A stretch of 64,000 nucleotides of DNA from Polyangiaceae bacterium (GCA_033763455.1 JANRKO010000070.1:1-64000); one strand, 5' to 3'; positions 1 through 10,456 are shown, counted from the stretch's first letter. Notes: generated from the sequence alone by a model not told the origin. Made by a program: numbers and translations.

Positions 1-194
1 TCAGGCACACGTGTCTCGAAAATTCTCCCTTTGACGACATAAGCACTGTCTCGAGACCACTCAAGCTAACCTCGCAGTCCCATCACACCCAGCAACCGCT
101 CCCCAGATCGCGATTTGCAGCATTTCTGGATGAGAACTAAGCTAGTTGACGCCGCACTCCTTACCCGAGTGTGCCACGTGAACTCTCACCTAAC

Positions 195-890
195 TCAGTC
201 GCTGCGCCGCCCACCTAGAAGCCCTGCGCGCCAAAGGAAATACAACAGTTGAAGGATCGCCGAAATAGCTGCGGCAACATACGTGAGGGCTGCAGCGTTT
301 AGAACAGCACGCGAACCTTCGGCTTCCCGAGGGGTCACGATGTTAAGCTCCTGCAGGGCCGCCACAGCGCGACGCGAAGCATCAAACTCGACAGGCAACG
401 TGACCAAGGTGAAAAGCACTGCCATCGAAAACAACACCACACCCACCATCACCAGCGAGGTCGTCTGAAGAGCAAGGCCAACAGAGGCAAGAATCATCCC
501 GAAGTTGGACCCAATGTTAGCCGGCTTCACCAAGAACGAGCGCAGCTTCAAGGGGCCATACGCCTTGGCGTGCTGAATGGCGTGCCCGGCTTCATGAGCA
601 GCCACACCGAGAGCTGCCAGCGACCGGCCGTGGTACACGTCCGGGGAAAGCCGAAGCACGCGCTGCATCGGGTCGTAGTGGTCCGAAAGAAACCCGGAAA
701 CCTCCTCGATTCGTACGCCCGATACGCCACGCCTTGAGATGAGCTCGGCTGCAGCTTCGGCGCCGGAGAATCCCCGAGCCGAAGGCACCTCGGAATAGCG
801 CTTAAAGGTGCTCTTCACCTTGTATTGCGCCCAGAAGCTGAGCAAGAGCCCGGGGATCAAGAACAAGAAGTACATGGGGTCGAAAGACAT
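195..890 (-). CDS. Membrane zinc metallopeptidase (YugP/Zn_peptidase_2 family)
   Basis: LSDHYDP, AAHEAGHAIQH (HExxH), TLPVEFDASRRA and AAALTYVAA motifs. Confidence 0.9.
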   Translation of the reverse strand: MSFDPMYFLFLIPGLLLSFWAQYKVKSTFKRYSEVPSARGFSGAEAAAELISRRGVSGVRIEEVSGFLSDHYDPMQRVLRLSPDVYHGRSLAALGVAAHEAGHAIQHAKAYGPLKLRSFLVKPANIGSNFGMILASVGLALQTTSLVMVGVVLFSMAVLFTLVTLPVEFDASRRAVAALQELNIVTPREAEGSRAVLNAAALTYVAAAISAILQLLYFLWRAGLLGGRRSD

Positions 891-966
891 GGCCTTTTCG
901 GCAATATAGGGTCAAACGCCGTACCCGCAAGGGCGGGTTCAACGGCTGAAACGTCCGGAGTCCCCC

Positions 967-1788
967 ATGAAGCACCTAGAAACCTTGATCGACGTCCTTG
1001 GCAGAACGGCTACCGACTGGGGCAGCCGAGCCCTGTTTGCCTTGGGCATTTTGGTATCTGGATGGTTCCTGGCACGTTATGCCGAGCGCGCGCTCACACG
1101 CTACGGGCAACGCGTTGCGCACCTTGATCCAACACTGGTGCCCTTCGCTGCGCGCGTCCTGCACTGGGTGGTGATAGCTATGACGGCTGTGGCCGCCCTC
1201 GGCAAGTTCGGGGTCGACACCTCAAGTATACTCGCGGTGCTGGGTGCCGCCGGCCTCGCCGTGGGGTTGGCACTCAAAGACACCATGAGCGACATCGCCT
1301 CCGGACTTGTATTGCTGGTGCTTCGCCCCTTTGACGTGGGGGATTTGGTGGGCATCGATGGCACTCAGGGCACTGTCACCGCCATTGATGTGTTCGAAAC
1401 CCACCTCACGAGTGTTGAGGGTGTCCCACTCGTATTGCCCAACACCAAGGTGCGTGCCGCCAAAATCGAAAACTTCTCACGCGCCGAGGTGCGGCGCATC
1501 GCGCTCACCGTGAGCATCAGTTACGCGGACGACATCGGCCGTGCCCTAACTGCAATGCGTGAAACGGTAGCCCAGGACGCACGGATCTTGGCGACCCCAG
1601 CGCCTGTGATCAACGTGAACGATCTAGGGGCAACCGCCGTGAACCTACTGTGCCAAGCACACACCCGTGCGCCAGACTTCCAGGCCACTAAGATGGACCT
1701 AGCGCGCGCCCTAAAAGAGCGCCTGCATCAGGAAGGGGTCACCCTGGCACCACCCAACCTGCGTGACATTCCGGCGCTCCCGCGCTGA
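967..1788 (+). CDS. mscS: Small-conductance mechanosensitive channel
   Basis: Three TM segments, GAAGLAVGLALKD helix, RPFDVGD, LPNTKV. Confidence 0.9.
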   Translation: MKHLETLIDVLGRTATDWGSRALFALGILVSGWFLARYAERALTRYGQRVAHLDPTLVPFAARVLHWVVIAMTAVAALGKFGVDTSSILAVLGAAGLAVGLALKDTMSDIASGLVLLVLRPFDVGDLVGIDGTQGTVTAIDVFETHLTSVEGVPLVLPNTKVRAAKIENFSRAEVRRIALTVSISYADDIGRALTAMRETVAQDARILATPAPVINVNDLGATAVNLLCQAHTRAPDFQATKMDLARALKERLHQEGVTLAPPNLRDIPALPR

Positions 1789-1861
1789 CAGCGGCCAGAA
1801 ACAAGCTGCCAAGTCCGGGCCTTGTAGCGCGACCTTCGCCGAGCTAAGCAGGCCGTCACGC

Positions 1862-2509
1862 ATGCTCCATACAATACTTGATGTTGTGCTCCACTTGGAC
1901 ACGCACCTTTCGGATTGGTCTGCCACACTCGGACCGTGGCTCTACGTGGTGCTCTTCTTAATAATCTTCTGTGAGACGGGCCTGGTTGTTATGCCCTTCC
2001 TGCCAGGAGATTCTCTCCTCTTCGCGGTCGGCGCCATCTGCGCGCTCCCGGGCAGCACGATGAACATAGCTGTGATGATTCCAGCGCTGATCGTAGCGGC
2101 AATTTTGGGGGATGCGGTGAACTACAAGCTCGGCCACATTTTGGGCCGCCGCGCATTTGCTGGTCAATACCGCTTCATCAACCCGAAGCACCTAGAGCGC
2201 ACGAGAGATTTCTATGAGCGCTATGGTGGCCGCGCCATTGTCTTTGCCCGTTTCGCTCCCATTCTGCGAACCTTTGCACCCTTCGTGGCCGGCTTTGCTG
2301 AGATGCCGTATCGGCGCTTCTTTATCTTCAACGTGGTCGGCGGCGTCGTGTGGGTTACAAGTTTTCTCCTGGCTGGCTTTTGGTTCGGGCAAATCCCAAC
2401 CATCAAGAGCAACTTTCACATGGTGATCGTTGGCATCATCGTGGTGTCGCTTTTGCCCGCAGCGGTAGAAGTTCTGCGTGCTGGCCGTGCGAAGAACCCT
2501 GCAGCTTGA
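1862..2509 (+). CDS. dedA: DedA family membrane protein
   Basis: FCETGLVVMPFLPGDSLLF and ARFAPILRTFAPFVAG; ATG 1862 chosen as start. Confidence 0.92.
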   Translation: MLHTILDVVLHLDTHLSDWSATLGPWLYVVLFLIIFCETGLVVMPFLPGDSLLFAVGAICALPGSTMNIAVMIPALIVAAILGDAVNYKLGHILGRRAFAGQYRFINPKHLERTRDFYERYGGRAIVFARFAPILRTFAPFVAGFAEMPYRRFFIFNVVGGVVWVTSFLLAGFWFGQIPTIKSNFHMVIVGIIVVSLLPAAVEVLRAGRAKNPAA

Positions 2510-2512
2510 GCC

Positions 2513-4393
2513 ATGAGCCACGGAAGCTCGACTCATAAGAAGGAGTCCCTTGCGGCCCTGTCGCTGGGAGCTCTGGGCGTTGTCTTTGGCGACATCGGCA
2601 CAAGCCCCCTCTATGCCCTCCGTGAGTGCCTCCATGGCGCCCACGGGGTGGATGTAACCTCCAAGAACGTGCTCGGTGTGTTGTCGCTCATCTTCTGGGC
2701 GCTCATGGTCATCATCTCCGTAAAGTACGTGGCTTACGTTCTGCGTGCGGATAACCAGGGAGAAGGTGGAATTTTGGCGCTCATGGCGCTAGTGACGGGC
2801 GGCAAGGAGCTCCACAGGGGTGCCCATAAGATCGCCGTCTTGCTGGCTTTGTTCGGCGCGGCGCTACTGTTTGGCGATGGCGTTATCACGCCAGCCATCT
2901 CGGTGCTCGGCGCGCTTGAGGGGATCAAGGTCGTGACACCCCACCTCGAATCCTATGTGGTGCCTCTCGCTGTAGCGATCCTGCTCGGCTTGTTCTACGT
3001 GCAGAAGCGGGGTACTGGCGGCATTGGCAAGGTATTTGGGCCAGTGATGGTGCTGTGGTTTGCCACAATAGCAGCGCTTGGGCTCCGTCAGATCCTGCAG
3101 AATCCGGATATCTTGGTCGCCGTGAATCCGGAGTACGCATTCTCCTTCTTGAGGGATTCTGGCCACCGGGGTTTCATCGTGCTCGGTTCCGTCTTCTTGG
3201 TGGTTACTGGTGGGGAGGCTCTGTACGCTGACCTTGGCCATTTTGGTGCCCGCCCCATGCGCGTTAGTTGGTTCTTAGTGGCCCTGCCGGGCCTTTTGCT
3301 GAACTACTTTGGGCAGGGGGCGTTGTTGCTGCGAGACCCAACGGCTCTCGCGAATCCCTTTTATCGCATGGTCCCTGAGTGGGGCCTCATCGGCATGGTG
3401 GTGCTGGCCACCTGCGCCACCGTCATCGCTTCCCAAGCCCTGATCTCGGGCTCGTTTTCGCTGGCCAAGCAAGCACTCATGCTCGGGTACTTGCCGCGCA
3501 TCACGGTGCAGCACACATCCGCCACGCACATGGGCCAAATCTACGTACCCATCATCAACTGGATGTTGATGCTCTCAACAATTGCTTTGGTGCTAGGTTT
3601 TCGTTCGTCCAGCAATCTGGCTGCTGCGTATGGCGTGGCCGTGACGCTGAACATGGTCATCACGACGCTGCTCGCCTATGTGGTGGCGCGCAAGCTTTGG
3701 CATTGGAAGTTGCTGCCCGCTCTTGCCGTTTCCACAATATTTTTGCTGCCAGAGCTCGTCTTCGCCAGTTCCAACCTCGCCAAAGTGGTGGACGGCGGGT
3801 GGTTTCCGCTGCTCGTGGGTGCTGTGCTTTTCACACTATTTACTACCTGGCGCCGCGGCCGCGAAATCCTGAGCGAGCGCTTCAAAGAACGCGTCGTGCC
3901 GCTCGATGATTTCTTCGAGCTGATGCGTGTGGAGCGCGCTGTGCGCGTCCCGGGCATGGCGGTGTTCATGGCGGGAAGTTCCGACGGCGCACCACCAGCG
4001 CTACTTCACAACTTGCTGCATAATCGTATCGTCCACGAGCACGTCGTGCTCCTCACGATCCATACCGAAAAGGTGGCGCGCGTCCCGCAAGCGGAGCGAG
4101 CCACGCTGGAGGAGCTGCCAAGTGGCTTTTGCCGTGTGGTGGCCCGCTACGGATTCATGGAGTCGCCAGATGTGCCCGCGCTATTGAATCAACTGGAAAT
4201 CCCACACTACGCGCTGGATTACGTTACGTTCTTCCTCGGCCGAGAAACCGTGCTGCCAACACATCGCCCGGGCATGGCACTTTGGCGTGAACGGCTCTTT
4301 GCGTTTCTGACGCGCAACGCTCAGACCGCCACGGCGTTTTTCGGGATCCCACCGGGCCGTGTAGTCGAAATTGGCGCCCAGATAGAGCTTTAG
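2513..4393 (+). CDS. kup: KUP/HAK/KT potassium transporter
   Basis: GVVFGDIGTSPLYA, ADNQGEGG, GDGVITPAISV, TGGEALYADLGHF. Confidence 0.97.
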   Translation: MSHGSSTHKKESLAALSLGALGVVFGDIGTSPLYALRECLHGAHGVDVTSKNVLGVLSLIFWALMVIISVKYVAYVLRADNQGEGGILALMALVTGGKELHRGAHKIAVLLALFGAALLFGDGVITPAISVLGALEGIKVVTPHLESYVVPLAVAILLGLFYVQKRGTGGIGKVFGPVMVLWFATIAALGLRQILQNPDILVAVNPEYAFSFLRDSGHRGFIVLGSVFLVVTGGEALYADLGHFGARPMRVSWFLVALPGLLLNYFGQGALLLRDPTALANPFYRMVPEWGLIGMVVLATCATVIASQALISGSFSLAKQALMLGYLPRITVQHTSATHMGQIYVPIINWMLMLSTIALVLGFRSSSNLAAAYGVAVTLNMVITTLLAYVVARKLWHWKLLPALAVSTIFLLPELVFASSNLAKVVDGGWFPLLVGAVLFTLFTTWRRGREILSERFKERVVPLDDFFELMRVERAVRVPGMAVFMAGSSDGAPPALLHNLLHNRIVHEHVVLLTIHTEKVARVPQAERATLEELPSGFCRVVARYGFMESPDVPALLNQLEIPHYALDYVTFFLGRETVLPTHRPGMALWRERLFAFLTRNAQTATAFFGIPPGRVVEIGAQIEL

Positions 4394-4494
4394 ACGCTAA
4401 CACACGTTGCAGATAGCCTCGGTGAGTCGTTGGGAAGCTATGGAAAATGTGCTTGCTCCAATCAACCGGCGCGGGCTCCTCAGCGCCGATGAAT

Positions 4495-4518
4495 AGATAC
4501 TTGTCATGACAAGCATCT
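4495..4518. promoter_or_regulatory. Palindrome AGATACTTGTCATGACAAGCATCT, putative protein-binding site
   Basis: Inverted repeat with 11/12 pairs; 16-bp core recurs at 13851-13866 and a degenerate copy at 4729-4753. Confidence 0.5.
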
Positions 4519-4932
4519 CGCGTTTCAGACCGAGCCTTGTGTTTAGGATGTGTGGGTGGACACTGCGGAAGACTTGTGTGGAGAGTATCCTGCGGGCGCT
4601 ACGGTCCACCTGAAGGTCGCTCTATCTCGGTATTTTAACCCGCCTCGGTGAAGCAACGCTGTTTGCCGATTTGGAGGTAGAGGTGAAAACGGCCGATGTT
4701 GACCGGACGGTACCTGTGGGCCAGCAAGAGATACTTGCTATGCTAAGCATATCAGTCGCAAAAGAAACTACCCACGGTTCCTCACTGGTCACGAATCCGA
4801 GTACGAGCAGCTTGGTGAGCGGGCGTGGAGCCGGATCGTCCTCCAGCGACACAAGATTCGCAACAACATCCATGCCACCGGATTAGGGGGGCTTGTTTAC
4901 GTCCCAAGCAATCGGGGGCAAGGTCGAGCTCT

Positions 4933-5919
4933 GTGCTCACCTCGGTTTTTGCCCAACGTTTCTGGTGCTCAAGGTTGCTCCTCGCGTTCTCTCTGGTGCT
5001 CGGAGTGATGGTCCGCCCACGGGAGGCGCAAGCTTTTGTGCATGTCGTTCAGAAGAACGAGACGTTGGCCGCCATCGCTGAGCGCTTCTACGGACGTATT
5101 CAATTCGAAAAACTACTCGTTGCAGCCAATTCTCTGGATGCCCAAGGTGGCTCATCCATCACTCCGGGCATGCGGCTGGAAGTTCCCGCCGTAAGCTATG
5201 AGGTCATACGTGCGGGGCAAACCTGGGATACGCTCGCAGAGCGGCTCCTTGGGGCTGCGGACCGCAGCGACGTGCTTTCGCTCGCAAACGGAAGCAAACC
5301 CTGGTTACCTCCTGAAGAAGGTGCGCAGATTGTCATCCCTTACAACCTGAGAATTATTGCCACGGAGCGAGATTCCACCATCTCCTTGGCCTACAAGTTC
5401 TTGGGCGATAAGCAGAAAGCGTGGGTTCTCGACCGCTACAATCACCGCTCGGGTAAGGCTATTGAGCGCGGCGATGTGGTGCTGATTCCGCTCTTCGAGC
5501 TGCCACTCACGTCGGAGGGCAAAACGGCGGCGCTCGCCTCCTCCGAGGCCACATGCACTCAATCCCTCGGTGAACAACGGCAACTCCAATTGGCGGTTAG
5601 CCGAGAAATACCGGCGCTGCTCTCCGATATTCGCGGGGCGCGCTATGTGGACGCCGTGGCCCGTGGAGTGCGTTTCTTAGCCCAGGGAAACATCACCAAG
5701 GCGCAGAAAGGGATCGTGCATCGCCAACTTCTGGAAGCGTATGCCGCCCTTGGCGCCGTAGGCCTCGCCATTGAATCCTGCAGCGGGTGGCTTGAAAATG
5801 ACCCCAAAGCAAATCTAGATCCTTCGACACTTTCGCCCAAGCTCATGGCAGCCTGCGGCCAGGTGCGCAAGCCAAACCGAGCAACCTCGCCAAAGCCTCC
5901 TCCTGCCGCTCAACCTTGA
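4933..5919 (+). CDS. Secreted LysM-domain protein
   Basis: Signal peptide ending AQA, then HVVQKNETLAAIAERFYG LysM plus further LysM-like repeats; start uncertain. Confidence 0.8.
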   Translation: MLTSVFAQRFWCSRLLLAFSLVLGVMVRPREAQAFVHVVQKNETLAAIAERFYGRIQFEKLLVAANSLDAQGGSSITPGMRLEVPAVSYEVIRAGQTWDTLAERLLGAADRSDVLSLANGSKPWLPPEEGAQIVIPYNLRIIATERDSTISLAYKFLGDKQKAWVLDRYNHRSGKAIERGDVVLIPLFELPLTSEGKTAALASSEATCTQSLGEQRQLQLAVSREIPALLSDIRGARYVDAVARGVRFLAQGNITKAQKGIVHRQLLEAYAALGAVGLAIESCSGWLENDPKANLDPSTLSPKLMAACGQVRKPNRATSPKPPPAAQP

Positions 5920-5935
5920 AGCCCTGAGTAGAGAG

Positions 5936-6853
5936 ATGCCAAAAGACCACTTCGTGCGGACGGGACTCGACTGGGGAAGCCTCGCGCCACTCCATTTGAA
6001 AGCACGCAGTATTGCTTCAGGCCTGTACGCCGGCATGCACCGCAGTCAGCGGCGAGGCTCGGGCGTGGAATTCGGAGGGCACCGCACGTACGTTCCGGGA
6101 GATGATCTTCGATTTTTGGACCACCGCGCCGCCATGCGCCACGACAAGCTCCTGATTCGAGAATTCGAGACAGATACGGATCGCGCCCTCCGCTTGGTCT
6201 TGGATGCGAGCCCTTCCATGGGGTTTCGCAGCGAATCCGCGCGAGCCTCCAAGCTCGCTTACGCCAGCGTGATTGCCGCAGCGCTCGGGCGTGTGGCCCT
6301 GGCTGGGGGGGATGCCGTGGCCCTCGATTGGCTGTTTGGCGCGGGAACGGAGCCAATGCGGGCGCGTTCGGGAATGCTCACGTTTGAACACCTCGTGCAT
6401 GAGCTTGAGCGCGCCAATGTGGGTGAAGGGCGTGGGCTCACACTTGAGCAATTTCGGCGCTCGCTCGAACCCGTTGGTCTGCGCAGTCGGCGCGGCTCGA
6501 TCATCGTAGTCTTCAGCGATTTGTTGGATCTTCCAGAGAACGCTGCGGAGCACCTCGCCCAACTCGGCACTGGAGGCCGATTCGTAGTAGTGGTGCAGGT
6601 GCTCGACCCCGTGGAGGCAGAGTTTAAGCTTGATGGGGCAGTGCGCTTGAAATCACCAGAAACGGGCTTGGTCGTAGAGACCAACGCTGAAGAGGTTCGC
6701 GCTGCCTACCTCCGTGCACTCGAACAGCTTTCAGCTAACTTCAAACAACAGCTGCTCCGCCGCTCAGGTCAGCTACTGCGCGCGGTCACCACCGAAGAGC
6801 CCTTAGCCGTCGCTCGCCGCATTCTCAGCACGATTTCCGGAGCTCCGCGATGA
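5936..6853 (+). CDS. DUF58 (vWA-like, MoxR-associated) protein
   Basis: GMHRS..RGSGVEFGGHRTYVPGDDLRFLD, LDASPSM, FSD. Confidence 0.92.
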   Translation: MPKDHFVRTGLDWGSLAPLHLKARSIASGLYAGMHRSQRRGSGVEFGGHRTYVPGDDLRFLDHRAAMRHDKLLIREFETDTDRALRLVLDASPSMGFRSESARASKLAYASVIAAALGRVALAGGDAVALDWLFGAGTEPMRARSGMLTFEHLVHELERANVGEGRGLTLEQFRRSLEPVGLRSRRGSIIVVFSDLLDLPENAAEHLAQLGTGGRFVVVVQVLDPVEAEFKLDGAVRLKSPETGLVVETNAEEVRAAYLRALEQLSANFKQQLLRRSGQLLRAVTTEEPLAVARRILSTISGAPR

Positions 6854-8832
6854 GTTTTCTGACTGGATTTGCTCTGCTCATTGGTCTTTTAGTCGCAGCT
6901 CCGGTGGTGGCCCACTTGCTGCGCCGGGGAAAAGTGCGCGAGCAGCCGTTCGTTCCCGTCGGGTTAATTCCGCAGGCTCGCACCAGTGCCCGCCAAAAGA
7001 GCCGTTTGGATGATAAGGTGCTCCTTTCGCTGCGCGCACTCCTCATTCTGGCCCTAGCGCTGCTCGGAGCGGCGCCCCTCATTCGCTGCTCTCGCGTCTC
7101 TCTCTCTCGCCAATCCGGCGCTTCGGTTGCCCTAGCACTTGTGGTCGACGATTCACTCAGCATGCGGGCACTTACGGCCTCGGGGAAGCCTCGGTTCTCG
7201 GAAGCTGTCACCGGAGCCGAACAGCTCATGTCCGAAAGCCGCGAGGGCGACGTGGTTGCTATTGTGCTGGCAGGCTCGCCAGCTCGCGTACTCTTGCCCC
7301 CCACCACCAATCTCAAGTTAGTTCGCGAAACGCTAAGTCAACTCACGCCCAGCGACCGCTCCACCGATCTCGAAACTGCCGTTGAGCTTGCGCGAGCGTC
7401 GGTCAAATCACTGAGTCACCGCGACAAGCGCGTTCTTGTGTTCAGCGACTTCGCCGCGACTCCACCCAAAGAGGGTGAACCCCAAATCTCGGTGCCCCTG
7501 CCCGCTCTTCAAGCCAAAGTGGACAACTGCGCTGTCGTTTCGGCAGAGAAATCGGACCTCTTCCTCAACCTCCAGCTGGCTTGCACAAGCGCAAAAGCAG
7601 CACTTGGCCGGCAAGCCATTGCTGTAGCCGCCAAGAGCCAAACGAGTGCTCTCAACGAAGGCGAGGAGCTTGGGCGCGTTCCACTTCCGGGCAAAGCTGG
7701 GGAAAGTTCCCTCTCGATCAAGCTTCTTCGAAGCGCGGCCTACGTGAACGTGTACCTCGACGGCTCGGATGCGCTGAGCCACGACGACAGCGCGCCCTCT
7801 AGCGGCGAAACCGGCGCGCTCCGAGTGGGTGTAGTTGGAGACCGGACGCTCGGTTCGGTGGTCACCGGTGGACCACCGATCTTGGAGCAAGTGTTGGGGG
7901 CACTCGAAGCCAAGCTCGTGGTTCATCCGTTATCCAATGTCCCGGAGAACGACAAGGAGCTGGATGCCGAAGATCTGCTGATCTTGGACGATCCGATAGC
8001 GTTCACCCCTGAAATGCGCGCCGCTCTTAACGCCTGGCTCGGTCGCGGTAAGGTCGCAGTTGGCCTGTTTGGTCCTCGCGTTGGAAACGCGCAACTCGGA
8101 TCTAACTTTGAGCCTTTCTTTCGGGGAGGAGCCACCTGGCAGAAGCCAGCCACGAGCTCGGGGCTTTTGGCTGCTTCGCTTGCGTGGCTTGGAGAGTCGA
8201 GCACAAGCTTTGCCGAGCTTGCGCCTCAGGGCGAAATCATATTTCCGCTTGAGCCAACGACGGAGATCCTTGGCCGTTGGACGAGCAACAACGCATTTCT
8301 GCTTGAAACACGCGTGGGCCGAGGCAGTGCGTTGAGTGTGGGCTTGCCGGCCTCGGTCGATGAAAGCGATCTTGCGCTTCGCCCAGGCTTCGTCGCCTTG
8401 CTCGACTACTTCGTAGACCTCGCGCTCGATAAGAGCGGCCCTCACGTGAGCGAAGTCGGACACCCCTGGCGCCTACCTGCGGACGCGAATCCAACCGTAG
8501 TCGGCCCATCAGGAGCCTTGGCGAGCCGTTTTTCGAGCGCGGACGATCAGCGCACATTGGTCTTCGATCCACCGCTGGTTGGGCGGTATCAAGTAACATC
8601 CGACAAGAAAGGCGAGGAGCGCGTGGCCACGATCACCGCAGAAGAAGTCCTCAACGAACCGGTGCCTTTCGCGGCCAAAAAGAACCAGCGCGAGGCGACC
8701 CAAAGCGAACCTTTGCTCGAAATCTCGCCACAAATCGCGCTCGCAGCGCTCGTGCTATTCACCCTGGAACTTGCGTTCCTATGGGTGCGTCGCTTCCGAC
8801 TTTCCGCCCGCAACGCGGGCGCTACTAGCTAA
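6850..8832 (+). CDS. BatA-N / vWA domain membrane protein
   Basis: N-terminal PVVAHLL BatA-like segment, MIDAS DDSLSM...TD...FSD, C-terminal TM; ATGA overlap with DUF58 gene. Confidence 0.82.
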   Translation: MSFLTGFALLIGLLVAAPVVAHLLRRGKVREQPFVPVGLIPQARTSARQKSRLDDKVLLSLRALLILALALLGAAPLIRCSRVSLSRQSGASVALALVVDDSLSMRALTASGKPRFSEAVTGAEQLMSESREGDVVAIVLAGSPARVLLPPTTNLKLVRETLSQLTPSDRSTDLETAVELARASVKSLSHRDKRVLVFSDFAATPPKEGEPQISVPLPALQAKVDNCAVVSAEKSDLFLNLQLACTSAKAALGRQAIAVAAKSQTSALNEGEELGRVPLPGKAGESSLSIKLLRSAAYVNVYLDGSDALSHDDSAPSSGETGALRVGVVGDRTLGSVVTGGPPILEQVLGALEAKLVVHPLSNVPENDKELDAEDLLILDDPIAFTPEMRAALNAWLGRGKVAVGLFGPRVGNAQLGSNFEPFFRGGATWQKPATSSGLLAASLAWLGESSTSFAELAPQGEIIFPLEPTTEILGRWTSNNAFLLETRVGRGSALSVGLPASVDESDLALRPGFVALLDYFVDLALDKSGPHVSEVGHPWRLPADANPTVVGPSGALASRFSSADDQRTLVFDPPLVGRYQVTSDKKGEERVATITAEEVLNEPVPFAAKKNQREATQSEPLLEISPQIALAALVLFTLELAFLWVRRFRLSARNAGATS

Positions 8833-8886
8833 GTTCCGCTCCAGTTGGCGCGGCCGCTTTCAGTCCGCATTTGGGCTTTGCCACGC

Positions 8887-9189
8887 TCAGTCAGCGAAGT
8901 CGTAAACGACCACACGTTCGTAGTTGTCCTTCAAACACTTCTCGATGAAGGCGAGGTGAAGCGGGTGTTGTTGGTAGCGCACCTCTGCGGCCTTATCCTC
9001 TACCTGAACGTAGAGCCCGATTTGGTAGCTTTGATCAACAACAGCGCGCTCGCTCGGAACCATCTTTCCGGCGTGAAACACCGTCACTCCGGGGATAGGC
9101 GCGAGGTACTCCCGCATCCCTGCCAGCAGTTTTTCAGCAGCGTCCGGCACACCTGGCTTGGTCCAAAAAATGACAACATGCGACAACAT
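8887..9189 (-). CDS. Dabb family stress-responsive A/B barrel protein
   Basis: MLSHVVIFW...IPGV...YQQHPLH...VYDF. Confidence 0.88.
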   Translation of the reverse strand: MLSHVVIFWTKPGVPDAAEKLLAGMREYLAPIPGVTVFHAGKMVPSERAVVDQSYQIGLYVQVEDKAAEVRYQQHPLHLAFIEKCLKDNYERVVVYDFAD

Positions 9190-9368
9190 GGAGCGGAGCA
9201 TAGAAGCTGGATTTGGGAGAGTCACGCGGTAATTCAACACGCACAGCGTAGTCGCTCGGGCTCCCGAGGACCGAAGCGAGCAGCCTCCGCCAAAAAGCCC
9301 GCGGAGGACTCATGAAAAGCCGGCGAGCATCGCGTGACTCAACTACTCGGATGTGTTAACCGACGCTG

Positions 9369-9923
9369 GTGCGCGTTGCTCCCCAAAAAGTCCTGTACTG
9401 CTTGAGTTTTACGTTCCTAGCCCTGGGTTGCCATTCACCAGGCCCTTACGGCTACGCCGCGGACTACGCGCCGCTCGATGCTGAGGAAGCCGCCGCAAAC
9501 AACGCTGTGGATTTCGACCCTGTGATGGCCGGGCGCGACCGAAAGAGTTGGTCCTCAAAGGTGGTGAGTGCGTTTGGTATCGTCGAAGAGCGAGTTGCGC
9601 TGAAGAATGGCAAAACCAAGCTCGTGCTGAACTTGCGAACTCTCTCCCCACGCAACCTGTGCGACGAGGGCGGCGAAGAGACCTGCAGAGTCACCGTAAG
9701 CGCCAAGGGGTACGGGGAGCTCACCGCAACCGCCAAGCTTTCTCCGGATGACGATGTTGGACGAGATAGCCTAAAAGCCGGCTCCCTTGTCAGAGTAGTA
9801 GGCCGCCTTGTGTATGGCGACCGAGCAGAAGGCTCCGCGCCCATCTTAGACGCGAGCTTCTATCGGCATTGGCCCTTTCGCCAATTCGTGACGACTCAGG
9901 CTCGCGACTATCTGATGCGTTAG
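9369..9923 (+). CDS. Hypothetical lipoprotein
   Basis: Lipobox ALGC; coding-like composition. Confidence 0.7.
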   Translation: MRVAPQKVLYCLSFTFLALGCHSPGPYGYAADYAPLDAEEAAANNAVDFDPVMAGRDRKSWSSKVVSAFGIVEERVALKNGKTKLVLNLRTLSPRNLCDEGGEETCRVTVSAKGYGELTATAKLSPDDDVGRDSLKAGSLVRVVGRLVYGDRAEGSAPILDASFYRHWPFRQFVTTQARDYLMR

Positions 9924-10456
9924 CTTTCTTCTTCGGCGAAATCGCGAGATTCGGGGATATCGTCCAAGCCGCTGCCACCAGCCACGGGAATGGCGCGCGC
10001 ATACGCAACGCGCTCAAGGGCCTGGGCCAAGCCCTGACGATCGCGCACGAGCGGCAAAGTAGCAATCGTTCCGTCCCACAACGAAAGGAAAATCGCTGTA
10101 CGATCGGTCAACGTGATCTTATCGATCTGGGCCCACTTGTAGCGGCGGACTCGGGGCCATAGCGAAACCACGTCTTTATACTCCACCCCGTCGCCACGAA
10201 CGCGCACTCCTCGCATGCCCGTTCGCACCAGGGACGACAAAGCCCCAAGCCCGAGCGCCAACGCGAGCGTCCGCGATGAGATGATGCGACCCACGTTCTG
10301 CTGAACCACGTACTCGTGGAGCCAAGAGGTCGATGGCAACTGTTCGCCGATCAACACCGCACCTATAACCACGATGGCCACACCGAGATACACCAGTGAT
10401 GGAACCCGAACCGCAAACGGTGGACCGAAGACGGCCTCGTGGGGCCGGTAGGTCAT
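9920..10456 (-). CDS. Hypothetical membrane protein with PH-like C-terminal domain
   Basis: Two TM segments then RRYKWAQID beta-rich region; start 10456 or 10489. Confidence 0.65.
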   Translation of the reverse strand: MTYRPHEAVFGPPFAVRVPSLVYLGVAIVVIGAVLIGEQLPSTSWLHEYVVQQNVGRIISSRTLALALGLGALSSLVRTGMRGVRVRGDGVEYKDVVSLWPRVRRYKWAQIDKITLTDRTAIFLSLWDGTIATLPLVRDRQGLAQALERVAYARAIPVAGGSGLDDIPESRDFAEEES

